A stretch of DNA of 64,000 nt from Eledone cirrhosa (GCA_964016885.1 OZ024751.1:49166001-49230000), one strand, 5' to 3'; shown: positions 1 to 15,882, numbered from the stretch's first letter. Made by a program: numbers and translations. The notes: generated by a model not told the origin, from the sequence alone.

Positions 1-133
1 GAATTGCAAAATTAATAAATAGGAAAACACTTCTTGCCTTAATATTTATCTATTGTCGTTTGAGCAGTTAGTATAAACGTAGTTTTGTCTATATATATAT
101 CATACATCAATATGCTTTCATGTGCACATATAG

Positions 134-402
<269 letters not shown>

Positions 403-403
<1 letters not shown>

Positions 404-545
404 GTTATTCCGGGTTGAATCGGAGGTAACCACAATAAGTAAGGTACTCAATACATTGCAGAGTATACAAGTTTTAATATAGATGAGATTCTACAGGACT
501 AGAACTGTTTCATTCTTTAGAAATCATCAGGAATCTGGGTATCAA
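403..545 (-). mobile_element. Short (TA)n-abutting repeat (family C), probable PLE terminal-repeat fragment with hammerhead motif
   Basis: Inverted homolog of 1094-1207. Minus strand reads gattc-CTGATGA-tttctaaagaat-GAAA-cagttc-tagtcc. Confidence 0.6.
496..536 (-). ncRNA. Hammerhead ribozyme-like motif (degenerate stem I)
   Basis: CTGATGA core (plus-strand TCATCAG 524-530), short stem II ttc/gaa, GAAA (plus-strand TTTC 508-511). Confidence 0.45.
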
Positions 546-680
546 AAAATAAGTATGGTATTTATAGGTCTCTTCAAGTGGTAGGAGAGGGTAGGGCGTG
601 GGATGGGTGTAGGTCATTGGTTGATGGAAAAGGGGATTCATTAAAAGCTAATTCTTCAAAGCTATAGTTTATTTTTATAA

Positions 681-716
<36 letters not shown>

Positions 717-730
717 TTATATACACAAAA

Positions 731-900
731 GGCGAATTGGCAGAGTCTGTAAGACGTCGGCTATAATGCTGTACCATCTTCATCCCACCTTATTTCACGC
801 TCTGAGTTTGTTTCCCGCCGTGGTTAACTTTTCCTTTTATCTACTAGAGGTCATTAAAAATGTAACGGTCCAGTACAGGGCTCGATTCTTCCACTGTAGA
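731..900 (+). mobile_element. Diverged SINE family A copy
   Basis: ggcgaattggcag...ctgagtttgtttcccgccgtggttaactttt resembles the better copies such as 14685-14875. Confidence 0.6.
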
Positions 901-1006
901 AAATATCGGCTGTGTTCAGACCTGAAAAGGGAAATGGTAGATGGATGCTAAAACACGTGCACGATGAGCCAGCAACACAGGCTACAATTATACATATACA
1001 CACACG

Positions 1007-1040
<34 letters not shown>

Positions 1041-1044
<4 letters not shown>

Positions 1045-1207
1045 TTCTACAGGACTGGAAATGTTTCATTCGGGCTTCCTTAGGATCTCTTCCGAATGAA
1101 ACAGTTCTAGTCCTGTAGAAGCCATTTCTATATTACATATTTATACTCTGCTTTGTATTGAGAACCTTACTTACTGTGGTTACCCCCGATTGAACCCCGG
1201 ATAATCT
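1041..1207 (+). mobile_element. Family C fold-back element between (TA)n tracts
   Basis: Hairpin arms 1041-1073 and 1092-1124 (tggcttctacaggact / agtcctgtagaagcca), followed by a tail homologous to the reverse complement of 404-500. Confidence 0.75.
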
Positions 1208-1910
1208 TATATATATATAAGCGACTCTCTTTTAAATATTTAGGATTTTAATAGCAAAATGATGGTATAAAGTGAAAAGGAAAAAAAATGTAGTGAAAGA
1301 AAACCACCCTACAACAAGCTAATAAACAACTCCTAAACAAAAGCGAAAGATGCGATAGAAATATAGTAAAAGTGTAAACTGATGACCGAAGGTTAATCAC
1401 TTTTGTAATATTAGTTCCACTAAAACCATTATCGTTCTCCAACCTATATATCAAAGATTAACATTATATATGTCGTAGAAGCGTATGACATTTATGGACT
1501 TTTACAAAATCTACCAACTATTCCTAGGTTTCTTTTATTTTTATTTTTTTAGTTTTTGGTTTTAGGGGCGTGGGTGTTTGTTGGTTGTTGGTTGTTGATC
1601 TTTAGCTGATTTATTTCATCGTTTATATTTTCTATCTTTTTTTTTTGGGGGGGGGGGGGGGTGATCCTGATTTTATTTACTTCTTTATTACTTGGTTTTT
1701 CACGCATGAAAAATATAGAAAAAATAGACTAATTTAGTTTCATGTTTGGCTGGCTGTACTAATATATATATATATATAATGCACACACACACACACACAC
1801 ACACAGATATATATATTAGTACATCTATATAATTATAGAAATATTCATGTATGAGTATACATCTCTATAAATCATATAATATATACATACATAGCCAACC
1901 CATATCTCTT

Positions 1911-1950
<40 letters not shown>

Positions 1951-2339
1951 AATATATATATAGAGAAAAACAGATTATAGTAGTTTAAGGCGATTCGTAT
2001 TTTCATTTCTGTTGTAGATACACATTCAAGAGACCTATGATTAAAAGACTTCCATTATAGTAATCATGTTATATTTTAGAGATATACATCGCTCTGTTTT
2101 TTTTGTAGATCGGTTAATTGTGATATATGTGTGTGTGGAAGATACACCTGTTCGTAGTAGGTTTTTTTCATCCTGAAGAAGTTTGCCCGTTGTCTCGTTG
2201 TTCAAGTCACTTATTATCATTTCGTTCTCTATACTCTTTATGTGTTCAGTTAAAATATATATATATATATTCTTTGTGTTCAGTTGAAATACCTTCGAGG
2301 TCAATTTTCCCTTCCTCCTTTACGGAATCTATAAAATAA

Positions 2340-3275
2340 AGTATCAATCAAGTCCTGGGTCGCTGTAATCCACGTTTTTCTCTCTCCTAAATTTGCTGGC
2401 CTTTTGCCTTAATTTGGAGTTATTACTTTTGTATATTCGATGCTTACAATACAAGCGAGGTCAAATTTGCATTTCAACTTTCCCAGTTAGATGAAATAAC
2501 GTACCAGTAACGCACTAAGGTTGATATTATTAACCCGGTGGATTGACAGTATCGGTAGAGGGTCGGACGCCGAAGTTGACTTTGCCTTTCATCCTTTCGG
2601 GGTCGATAAAATAAAGTACCAGTAATGTACTGGGTGATTTCTGGCCTTGTGCCAAAGTAGAAACAATTATTGACTTTCCTTTCCCCTAAAGCTGATGGCT
2701 TTGTGCCTAAATTAGATGGAGGATTGGCAGTATCAATAGAAGGTCGGACGCCATGCTTTGCAGCATAGAGTTAGGCCCCTTTATGGTGTGAGTTCAAATC
2801 CCGCCGAGGTTCAGTTTGACTTTCATCCTTACAGGGTCGATAAAATAAAGTACCAGTAATGTACTGGAGTAATTGCTTGACTTGTGCCACTAGTAGAAAC
2901 AATTATTTATTTACATTCGCTCTTTACGTTCTCCTGTTTAAACATCTCTGAGATCATACTTCCATTTAATCCTTCCGAGTTCAGTAATATATAATTTTTT
3001 CTACTTTTGGCACAAGGCAACAAATATTCCAGTTTATTACTGGTACTTTATTTTATCGACCCAGTAAGGATGAAAGGCAAAGTTAACCTCGACGTGATTT
3101 GAACTCAGATCATAAAAGGGCGTAACTCTATGTTACAAAGCATGGCGTCCGACTCTCTACCGATACTGCCAAGCTACCGCCTAGTTCAGTAATACTAGTA
3201 ATATATTCATATCAATATAATCGGCTATCATTTCCTTTAAAATTGCTGGCCTTGTGCCAAAATTACAAATCATGA
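2340..3275. mobile_element. Cluster of SINE family A copies (2536-2671 +, 2718-2907 +, 2993-3181 -, plus fragments)
   Basis: Consensus ggcggtggattggcagtatcggtagagggtcggacgcc...gagttcaaatcccgccgaggttaactttgcctttcatccttacggggtcgataaaataaagtaccagt...gtagaaacaattatt, with B-box-like GTTCAAATCC. Confidence 0.9.
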
Positions 3276-4071
3276 TAACTGTCAAAAAGCAACAAAGAAG
3301 TTCAGTGAAATAAGTCATCAAGTGTGGACTGTCAATGCTGACTTGATCATTTAGCTACATTCTGTCATTCTACGTATTTTATAACAAGGAATATCCCAAA
3401 GGTTCGTTGCACCAGAAAGGTTAGATTATTTGTCATTATCATGACTTAGATCAGTAGGTACATTTAGAATACTAAAAATAATACTAAAGCTATTGTTATT
3501 GCTGTTAATAATATCAATGCTACTATTGTTAACAAGAAATGAAGTCGGAAAGAGAAGGTTTACAAGTGACAATATAATATGTTTGACTTTTGAAATTAGT
3601 AATGTTGCTCGTGTCATATACATGTGGGGAGTGAAGAAGGTTCATTACGTGATTACTATTACCATGATACTGGATAGGGCACACATACACATACACATAC
3701 AGATACAAACAGACACACACACATATATATATGTGTGTTTGTTTGTGTGTGTGTGCATCTATGAATAAATACGTATATATATGTTTGCATGCAGTTATGT
3801 ATGTGTCTGTAATTTCTTGCTTGCGATTTCGTATTACGATCCAATGAACACTGGATATGTAAACATAGAGGCAATTTATACACATATGATTAAGTATGAC
3901 AAGACGCAGCACGTACGTGTCCTTCCTGTTATTGAGAATACGTGCTTCTGCCAATAATGCCTGTGAAACTGGCAGTTGATTTAGTGTATTACTAATACCG
4001 TGTAATATATATACATACATACATACATACATACATACATACATACATACCTATATATATATATTGGTATC

Positions 4072-4127
<56 letters not shown>

Positions 4128-4130
<3 letters not shown>

Positions 4131-4268
4131 CGAAGGAAATGTGGTAAGGAACCAGGTGGACCATAACGCACCAAAGTACTCAATACTTAGGTTAGTAGAG
4201 TGGGTAATAAGAACGAGTAGGCCCCGACGGCTGAGCTCAAGCCATTTCGACGGCTAATTCTGGACTTT
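4128..4268 (-). mobile_element. Family B short element in (TA)n
   Basis: Homologous to 30748-30888, 57320-57457 and the reverse complement of 61686-61815. Confidence 0.85.
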
Positions 4269-4456
4269 ATATATATATATATATACATATAATAAAAAAT
4301 AAAACGTTTTTCGCTCTACATGGCTGAATACAATAAATATAATCTTAGTTTTCAAGGGTTCATTCTACTGACATGGCTATAAAATTGAGGCTTGTTTACA
4401 TAATTGCAAACGAATCGAATGTTATTATTAATATTCGAAAAACTCAGATTACATTT

Positions 4457-4615
<159 letters not shown>

Positions 4616-5731
4616 ATTATTATATATAATGTGATATAATGTGTGTGTGTAATAAACGTCGTATCTAATTTTAGAACTGAAAATTAGAAGCATCAACGTT
4701 TTTGACTATAAAATATAATTAGGGAATATAAACACTAGAATCGGAAAAATGTGTACAGTGCTGTACAAATTGTTTCCCTCATTAGAGATTATTTGTTCCA
4801 ATTTTATCAGTCTGTGTAGCACTTTGTATTGATGACGTTTCCATTAATTGTGGAACTAGAGAAATAGACAATTTCTTATACGACAATTCGACAAGCAAGT
4901 ATTTCAGTTCATCGGGTAACTGAATAATCTTCGTCGAACACGCGAGAGATCCGATTACTTATTTATGTTGCCTTAATCAAATCCATTCCAGAGGATTACA
5001 CAGGTATATGATCGTCTTTGAATCTGTCGATTTGCTAGGGAATGTAGACCAATGCTGAGTTAAGTACTGGAATATGTTTGAAAATAAACTGCTCTGCAAG
5101 CAAACTACAAAAATAAAAAAGCAAACATGCGGTTATACCTAAGAGAGGGGAACTGAATTTAGGTATGTAAGGCAAAGTATCTTTGATAATTCTCTTCCGC
5201 CATTGCTGAACGTGATATATTATAGTTTAAGTCTCTCGACCATGTATACACAGTGTTGCTTAAATGAAAATTTATGGACTAGCAGCAACGTTCGGTATTT
5301 TACAGCCAACACATTGTCTATTTAGCTGGCGGCATATTACATATTCTACAGCAATAAAACAGAGTTAGTTGGAAGAAACAACGGACAAAACTGGAATTTA
5401 CCGCCATCGCAGCAGCCAAATAGCGGAGCAAAGCAATAATTCACAATTCTATTTATTGTTTTAACATACATCTACACATGTTCCTTTGTCATTATTTCTG
5501 GTACTTTCCAAGGCATCGTCGATTGGATGAGACGTTCGAATCATAAACTAAATATATTTCGGTATTTAGTTGTTGATGCGTCAGATGTAAGACATGATCG
5601 ATTATATCTGTAAAAAATCGGCCTTGTCATTTCTGAGTTCAAATTTCGGGTCTGGCGAATTTCCTTTTCATCCTCCTAGATTTGATAATTTAGAGTATAA
5701 GTCTTGCCACTTATGTATATGTATATATATA

Positions 5732-6023
5732 TAACCAAAGATTAATATGGTTCGTTGATTACTCAATAGATTAGAAGCAATTAATAGATTATTACGATAG
5801 ATTAGAAGCTCTCAACAACGGATTTTCCTGGAGTTTTTAATATTGTTCAAAATGTTAATAAATGAAAAATATTCTTATAATCAAAATATATATTTTATTA
5901 TACATATTTCAAATCATATATCTTGTCTGATGAAAACGTACTTAAACACCATTGTACTTTGAAATATGTATAATAAAATATATATTTTGATTATGAGAAT
6001 ATTTTTCATTTATTAACATTTTG

Positions 6024-6030
<7 letters not shown>
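5732..6030. mobile_element. Fold-back element in (TA)n with hammerhead (family D-related PLE terminal repeat)
   Basis: Inverted arms 5841-5913 and 5958-6030, with the HHR core between them. Confidence 0.8.
5916..5983 (+). ncRNA. Type I hammerhead ribozyme motif
   Basis: Stem I atatatcttgt/ataaaatatat; CTGATGA 5927-5933; stem II aaacgtac...gtacttt; GAAA 5961-5964; tatgta-ta (AUA triplet). Confidence 0.65.
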
Positions 6031-6082
<52 letters not shown>

Positions 6083-6149
6083 TAAAAGGAAAAGAAAATG
6101 CTGACAAATTGTTCCCAGTGAAAAATAGTTTAGTTAGGAATAAGAAAAA

Positions 6150-6599
6150 TTAGTAATAGTATTGGTTAGTATTCAGTTTTGGTTTTAAGTTTTTACCGGT
6201 TGCGCATTTCTAATGCTTTTCAAAAATAATTTTGAGATAGAGCGCCCGTGATGTTTGCTCTAATCTGATTAGTTTTGAAAATTTTACCTGTTTTATGTAA
6301 AAAAAGTGGCTCCAGATGTATGAAAAAATTCTTGTTGTCGAAACAATTTTGATTGGTCCGTAGAGGTGATGTGAATGTTAAAAATTGATTTTGCGCCAAA
6401 TGTAGGTTTGTCTCGGCTGATTGAGAAGTCACTGAAAAATAAGTCTTTCAAGACAAATATGTGTGTTTGTGTGTAGTAGTAGTAAAGAGGTTCGTTGTTG
6501 TGATAATGGTCAGCAGGGATGTGTGTGCGAACCGCAGCCTGTTGACAGTTCAAATGCCTATTAAGACAAGTGTGTGTGTGTGTGTGTGTGGGTGTGTGT

Positions 6600-6651
<52 letters not shown>

Positions 6652-7237
6652 CAGAGTAATTCGTGGTAGAGGGATGGTCAGTAGGAATGTGTCTGTACGT
6701 GTGTGGGGGATATTTTAACATGTTAAAAGATATTTTTCACCTCTTGTCTTATACGGACAAGTGTGTGTGTGTGTGTGTATATATATATGTCTCTTTGTAT
6801 GTTAATGTACGCGTGTGTATGTGTGTGTGTGTATATATGTGTGTTTGTGTGTATATATGTGTGTAGGTTTGTCTCGGCTGATTGAGAAGTCACTGAAAAA
6901 TAAGTCTTTCAAGACAAATATGTGTGTGTGTGTGGGTGTGTGTGTGTGGGTGTGTGTGTGTGTGTGGTAGTAGTAGTAAAGAGGTTCGTTGTTGTGATAA
7001 TGGTCAGCAGCTTGTCTTAATAGGCATTTGAACTGTCAACAGGCTGCGGTTCGCACACACATCCCTGCTGACCATTAGCACAACAACGAACCTCTTTACT
7101 ACTACTACTACACATACACACACACATATTTGTCTTGAAAGACTTATTTTTCAGTGACTTCTCAATCAGCCGAGACAAACCTACACACATATATACACAC
7201 ACACACACATACACACGCGTACATTAACATACAAAGA

Positions 7238-7282
<45 letters not shown>

Positions 7283-7388
7283 CTCCGTATAAGATAAGAG
7301 CTGAAAAATATTTTTTAACATGTTAAAATATCCCCCACACACGTACAGACACATTCCTACTGACCATCCCTCTACCACGAATTACTCG

Positions 7389-7443
<55 letters not shown>

Positions 7444-7590
7444 TCTTAATAGGCATTTGAACTGTCAACAGGCTGCGGTTCGCACACACATCCCTGCTGA
7501 CCATTATCACAACAACGAAACTCTTTACTACTACTACACACACACACACACATATTTGTCTTGAAAGACATTATTTTTCAGTGACTTCTT
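6150..7590. repeat. Repeat with ~460-bp CA-rich tandem unit that inverts at 7010/7011; homologous to 26030-27170
   Basis: Unit start tgtaggtttgtctcggctga at 6401 and 6862; 7011-7589 is the reverse complement. The reverse complement of 6181-6400 aligns by eye with 26917-27120. Confidence 0.8.
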
Positions 7591-7627
7591 TTATCAATAT
7601 ATCATAACTCGTGTGTTACACCTCTAT

Positions 7628-7680
<53 letters not shown>

Positions 7681-7708
7681 AACACACGCCCACAGACACA
7701 TACATACT

Positions 7709-8672
7709 TTTTCTACATTTGGCACAAGGCCAGCAATTTTTCCAGTGTATTACTGGTGCTTTATTTTATCGATTTTATTTTAAGGATGAAAAGCAAAGTT
7801 AACCTCGAGGGGGATTTGAACCGAGACCGTAAAGGGCCGTAACTCTATGCTGCGAAGCATAGCGTCCTACTCTAATAATAATTGTTTCTACTTTTGGCAC
7901 AGGCCAGAAATTATCCCAGTGTATTACCTCGGCAGGATTTAAACTCAGATCATAAAAGGGCCGTAACTCTTTACTGCAAAGCATGGTGTCAGACCCTCTC
8001 CCGATACTGCCAATCCACCGCATTACATATATAATAATAATTGTTTCTACCTTAGGCACAAGGCCAGCAATTACACAGTGCATTACTGGTACTTTATTTT
8101 ATTGACCCCGTAAGGATGAAAGGCAAAGTTAACCTCAGCGGGATTTGAACTCAGAATGGCAAGGGCCGCAACTCTATGCGTCAAAGCATGGCGTCCGACC
8201 CTCTACCGATACTACCAATCCACCGGCATGATGTTGTTATATTGATACCCTTCTCCATATCATCATTATTACATATATAAGGACGGTGGATTGGCAGTAT
8301 CGGTAGAGGGTCAGATGCCATGCTTTGAAGCATAGAGTTATGTCCCTTTACGCTCTGAGTTCTAATCCCGCCGAGGTTGACTTTTCCTCTCATCCTTACG
8401 GGGTCGATGAAATAAAGTACCAGTAATACACTAGTAATTGCTGGCCTTGTGCCTAAAGTAGGAACAATTATTACATATATAATAATAACTGTTTCTACTT
8501 TTGGCACAAGTCCAGTAAATTACCTCAGTACATTGCTGGTACTTTATCTTATCGACTCCGTGAGGTTGAAAGCCGACGTTAACCTCGACGGGATTTGAAC
8601 TCAGACCGTAATGGGACGTAACTATGCTAGAAAGCATGGCGTCCAACCCTCTACCGATACTGCCAATTCACA
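7709..8672. mobile_element. Pile-up of at least 5 SINE family A copies (7709-8226 -, 8281-8472 +, 8484-8672 -)
   Basis: Repeated matches to the SINE A consensus on both strands. Confidence 0.9.
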
Positions 8673-8974
8673 ATAATGATGATAATGAGCAGGGATAAAA
8701 TATCAATATAAAGTATCAATATAACAACATCATGTTTATCGACAGGTGGCGCGCATTTTGCGAGAGATCAGTTCAAGAGACGATCGGTACTGAGCGCGTC
8801 TGACTGTGAATCAATAGCACTTCAAGCTAGTGGATTCACGAATGAATGAAATTATCTCTTCGAAAACATTATACATACCTAAGGCGTTGTTAATTCATAT
8901 TCAGTTGTGGTATCAGACTTTCACATGGACTTCTTTGGTGTGGAGTATCTTTTTGTTAATGGTGTCGGCGACAA

Positions 8975-9480
8975 ATGTCTGCCTGTCTGTGTGTACGCGC
9001 ATGAGTGGGTGTGTGAGTGTGCGCGGAAGTTATTTCGCGCATATGTGTGTATATGTGTATCTGCATGTATATGTCGGTATGCTTGTGTGAGCTCCCGCGC
9101 ATGTATGTGTATATTTATGCGTCTGCAAGTGTATGTCGGTTTATTTGTGTGTATGTATGTGTCTGCAAGAGTATATCGGTGTGTTTGTGTGTATGTATTT
9201 ATGTGTCTGCAAGTGTTTGTTGGTGTGATTGTGTGTGCTCCCGCGCATGTGTGGTGTGTTCATTTATGTGTCTGCAGGTGTATATCGGTCTGTCTGTATG
9301 TGATCCCGCGCATGTGTTTATGTATATGTGTGTCGGCGTGTGTATGTCGAAGTATTTATAACTGTGATCGCGAGCGTGTGGGTGTATTTGACTCTCGGCG
9401 TATTTATGACTGTACTCGCACGTTTTTGTGTTCATATGTGTCTCTGCAAGTATATGTCTGTATGTGTCTGTATGTACAAA
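8975..9480. repeat. Degenerate TG-rich minisatellite (~60-bp unit)
   Basis: Recurrent tgtgtctgcaagtgtatgtcgg and cccgcgcatgt. Confidence 0.7.
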
Positions 9481-9849
9481 AACCACAACTTACTCTATTT
9501 TCAGTATCTAGACGTTAAACCAGACCAAAGTAAATATTTTTATCTTTCAATATTTCTCTCTTCTTTCAAAGTCTTCTCTTTTCTTTATCTCAAATAATCT
9601 TCTATTTCTTTCAAATTTCCACTCACAGTCTTTACTAGAAATCATCTCTTTCATTCATACTCTCGTTCTATCTTTCTTTCACATATTTCATTGTTTCTTT
9701 CTTCATTTTATTCTCTAATATTTGTGTGTTACTTATGAATATGTGTGCATTGCTCTTTTGATTAGTAACTGTAAATCTTACAGGAATATGGAATTAACTC
9801 TCTACTTTTCTCTCTTTCTCTCCATCTCTCCATGTATATATCTCTCCAT

Positions 9850-10690
<841 letters not shown>

Positions 10691-10862
10691 TCCTTATTTA
10701 ATATCATTGTATTTGACATTGTTTCTAGATATACTCCAGGGATTATCCACTAATTTCAAGTGTTATTCAAACGTTATTCATCAGCGTATAATCTATTTTC
10801 TTCATTATACATATAAAAGGAGCTTCACTCCAGTCTCCATGTTCTGCTAAACACTATCTCTC

Positions 10863-11220
<358 letters not shown>

Positions 11221-11260
11221 TATATTATATATATATATTATACGTACATATATCCATCCA

Positions 11261-11306
<46 letters not shown>

Positions 11307-11309
<3 letters not shown>

Positions 11310-11406
11310 GGTGTCCCCCAAAGATGTATACATACTTTGATTACCTGTACAGGCAATATTTAATAGAATGGTGTTGAAGTGTGTATACATTTTTGGGGAC
11401 ACCCTG
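11307..11406. mobile_element. ~100-bp Tc1/mariner-type MITE
   Basis: TIRs cacggtgtccccaaagatgtatacatactt / aagtgtgtatacatttttggggacaccctg, set in a TA array. Another cagggtgt start lies at ~11429. Confidence 0.7.
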
Positions 11407-11456
11407 TGTATATACATACATATATATACAGGGTGTATATTTAGTGTGCCTACGCC

Positions 11457-11548
<92 letters not shown>

Positions 11549-11730
11549 GTGTATATATATATACAAATATATATATATAAATATATATGTATATATATAC
11601 ATATATATATACACAAATATATATATATATAAGATTGAATAGAGAGTTGTATTCAATTGAAATGTTCCATTGATTGCAATCAGTTACACATCCGGAATAT
11701 CCAACCAAACCTTCCTACAATTTTGTATTA

Positions 11731-11950
11731 CACCATCACCACCACCATCATCATCATCATCAAACCAACCACCACCACCACCGCCAACACGACAACCACC
11801 TCCATCACCATCGGGACCACCATAACAATCACAACCACCACCACCACCACCAGAACTACCACCACCGCCGCCACCACCACTACCACCACCACCACCACCA
11901 CCACCACCACTACCACCACCACCACCACCACCACTACAACTACTACCACA
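11731..11950. repeat. (CAC)n-rich trinucleotide array
   Basis: Directly visible; source of the poly-T/H/G/V ORFs. Confidence 0.95.
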
Positions 11951-12024
11951 TGCGTCACAAACTCGTCCTGTAGCCAACACCACCAACTTCCAATACCCTA
12001 AAGTCTCTTAATACCAACCACGCA

Positions 12025-12695
12025 TCCCACCACAATACCACCTTACCATATACCACACCACACCACACCACATCACCTCTCTACCAACCACCCATTCCAC
12101 CACAATACCACCATACCATACCATATACCATATACCACACCACACCACATCACCTCTCTACCAACCACCCATTCCACCACAATACCACCATACCATACCA
12201 TATACCATATACCACACCACACCACATCACCTCTCTACCAACCACCCATTCCACCACAATACCACCATACCATACCATATACCATATACCACACCACACC
12301 ACATCACCTCTCTACCAACCACCCATTCCACCACAATACCACCATACCATACCATATACCATATACCACACCACATAACATCATGTTTCTACCAACCAAC
12401 CATTCCACCGCAATACCACCTTACCATATACCATATACCACATCACACCACACCACATCACCACTCTACCTAGCACCCATTCCACCAGAAAATACCTCCT
12501 TACCATATACCGTATACCACACCACATCACACCACATCACATCACCACTCTACCAACAACCCATTCCACCACAATACCACCTTACCATATACCGTATACC
12601 ACACCACACCACTACACATCACCTCTCTACCAACCACCCATTCCACCACAATACCACCTTACCATACCATATACCATACACCACATCACATCACT
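12025..12695. repeat. 77-bp C/A-rich minisatellite
   Basis: catcacctctctacc at 12071, 12148, 12225 and 12302, then degenerating. Confidence 0.92.
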
Positions 12696-13099
12696 TCTCT
12701 CCCCTTTTCAGATTCATATTATCTAGCTGACTATCAAGCTACTTATGGATAATTTTAAACATGTTGAAGCACCTGGTTTTGTTTGTGTGAGCTCGAACAC
12801 ATTCCAAGAATTAAAATTCCAGCAATGTATATATATTTTTTCTCTGCTTAATTTTTCTTTGGTTTTGTTCGTAAAGAAATATAATTTTCTATTCCAAAGA
12901 AAATATAAATAACAAAACACAAAAAGACAAAACCTTATTATAAACAACTAAACCAAGACAAAATCATATTAATAAAACAAAAAGAAATCTGAAAAAATGT
13001 AAAAAAAAAAGTAAAAAGGACAAATAAGCTTTATTTTATTCTTTAGTTCATTTTTTTTCTTTTTATTGTATATACCGTGGTAGATTTTATTTTGGTTGG

Positions 13100-13259
13100 T
13101 CTTCTTCTTCTTCTTCTTCTTCTTCTTCTTCTTCTTCTTCTTCTTCTTCTTCTTCTTCTTCTTCTTCTTCTTCTTCTTCTTCTTCTTCTTCTTCTTCTTC
13201 TTCTTCTTCTTCTTCTTCTTCTTCTTCTTCTTCTTCTTCTTCTTCTTCTTCTTCTTCTT
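13100..13259. repeat. (CTT)n microsatellite
   Basis: Directly visible; also at 22351-22432 and 21775-21805. Confidence 0.98.
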
Positions 13260-13700
13260 TACTCGCTGTTCAGTTATTCATCAATCTGAAATAGACATCC
13301 AGATTGAGGTTAATATTGTATAAAAGGAAATGTTCCTCTAGTACGGCAGACAGGCAAACAGACAGAGAGATAGAGAGTCACATCATATTATATATATATA
13401 TATATATATAGAAGTATGATATATATATATATACACACACATATAAGTTGCTGGTTTGCAAATATTTGAATAATGAAATTTCTAATGCACCTCCCTTTCA
13501 TTCTGTGTATATATATATAATCATATATATATATATATATATAAACATACATATATGATACTAAATACATGCGCGCGTCTGTGTGGAGAGAGAGACTGAG
13601 TGATAGAGAAAGAAAAAGAGATAGATATCTAACTATGAAAACAGGAATAGAGACACACACATACACACACACACATACATACATGTATATATATATATAT

Positions 13701-13702
<2 letters not shown>

Positions 13703-13757
<55 letters not shown>

Positions 13758-13762
13758 GAAAC

Positions 13763-13826
<64 letters not shown>
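13703..13826. repeat. (AG)n + (GATA)n microsatellites
   Basis: Directly visible. Confidence 0.97.
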
Positions 13827-14477
13827 CGGTAAACAAATTCATAAATAGTGAAAACTAGAAAGTAATATTCAATGATAGTCACAATGCTAAAGAATCCGCC
13901 AATATATATATTGCTATTTAGAATAGAATATATCGGAGCATAAATCAAATACATCACATTAAAAACTGGAAAGACTTATGAAAACGTAATTTCCTTCTCC
14001 GATCTGACAGCGGGTTTCAATATTTTTTTCTTCTCCTAGATGTATATATAATGATGTTCATGCTAAACATGAACCGTATCTATTTCACCAGTGTGGCTGA
14101 TCCTGTGATAGGCATCTTTAGCCTCCAACCCACCTATATAAAAAAAATGGTCCCTTTTGTGGAACAATTCTGGCTTTTGGGGGATATTGTATGGGGTTTA
14201 TACGTAAATTAGATTTATGATAGATGTGTTCGATATCAACTATCAGCTTCCCAATGAAAATATATCTTTAAATATTAGTCCTCATGTCTGCAAAGAGGTA
14301 TGTCCTTGAGTAAAAAAAGTGTACGATGGTACCTCTTACGTTGTCACTAAACCTGCTACCATAAGCGATTTATCACCCTGAAATTAAACATCATCGCACT
14401 ATGTAGAATGACACCTTTACGTCATAAAACTGCATATATACGTTGAACCCCACCCGAAACTCCGTAAAAGATCAAGT

Positions 14478-14875
14478 GTGGTGGCTGTCATGGCAGTATC
14501 GTAGAGGGTCGGACGCCAAGCTTTGCAGCATAGAGTTATGGCCCTTTACGATATGAGTTCAAATTCCGCCGAGGTTAAATGTGCCTTTCATCCTTACGGG
14601 GTCGATAAAATAAAGTACCAGTAATACACTGAGTTATTGCTGGCCTTGTGCCAAAAGTAGAAACAATTATTAAAATTAGATGTAGGCGGTGGATTGGCAG
14701 TATCAGTAGAGGACCGGAGCCATGATTTGCAGCATAGAGCTACGCCCCTTTACGATCTGAGTTCAAATCCCGCCGAGGTTAACTTTGCCTTTCATCCTTA
14801 CGGGGTCGATAAAATAAAGTACCAGTAATGCACTGAGTTATTGCTGGTCTTGCGCCAAAAGTAGAAACAATTATT
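14478..14875 (+). mobile_element. Two tandem SINE family A copies; the second has a 13-bp TSD
   Basis: aaaattagatgta at 14672-14684 and 14876-14888 flanks the copy at 14685-14875. Confidence 0.92.
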
Positions 14876-15781
14876 AAAATTAGATGTACATGATCATGGA
14901 TGAACGACTATTCGTTTTAAAGAGGGTACCTCGCATAAAATCTGTTACATCCACGAATATGAAATCTTAATTTCAAGTAAAATATATCAAGACGACATCA
15001 TCCAATGCATCGTTAATTTATTGAAATATTTAGGTATGATTTGAGAAGTTAGAATTTAGCTACTATCTCTAAAAATATAAGTAGCCCATGTTAGTTTGTG
15101 TACGTAAAACGTCTCTGGCTTTTGCGTACATATGTTGTGCGAGATGAAAATTCAGCAGGAAATTTCAGTACGAAACTTCAGTGAGCAGCATTAGCTGTTT
15201 AGTGTGCAAATGTTTACAGATGTTTTATTGTATATATTTGATTATATTGTACCTCGTTGTTCTATTGTATTATTGTTCGTTAACTGTACACTTATACAAC
15301 TGTTTTATATTGTTCTATTTATTTCAAACAATATTCTTCATCTCCAGGAAAATTCCTTCCGATTTGACGTTTATTTTTGAATGCTTTCTTATCTTCTTGA
15401 CTCGTTAACTATTCAGAAAATAAGAATTTTTCTGTGTACTCTAATTTATAGGAACATTCCTTCTATGATATTAGGCTTATAATGATTCCTCTTCCTATCT
15501 TTAAGTAATTCGCGTTTCCAGCTATCATGTGCTATATAATGTATACTATGTGTAGGTGTATTTTGTGTAAATTCTCAGTGTTCTAGGTATATATGTATCG
15601 AAGTATACATTCACAATCGCCTCTATGCTTCTATCTATCATTCTACATATCAATCGAGCTGTCTATTTCTCTCTCTCTGTGTCTTTTTCTCCCTCTTACT
15701 TTCTCATCATGGTGTATTGATGTCTATACGTGTATCAATATAGTAACATAGATATGATATTATATATATATATACACACAT

Positions 15782-15882
<101 letters not shown>

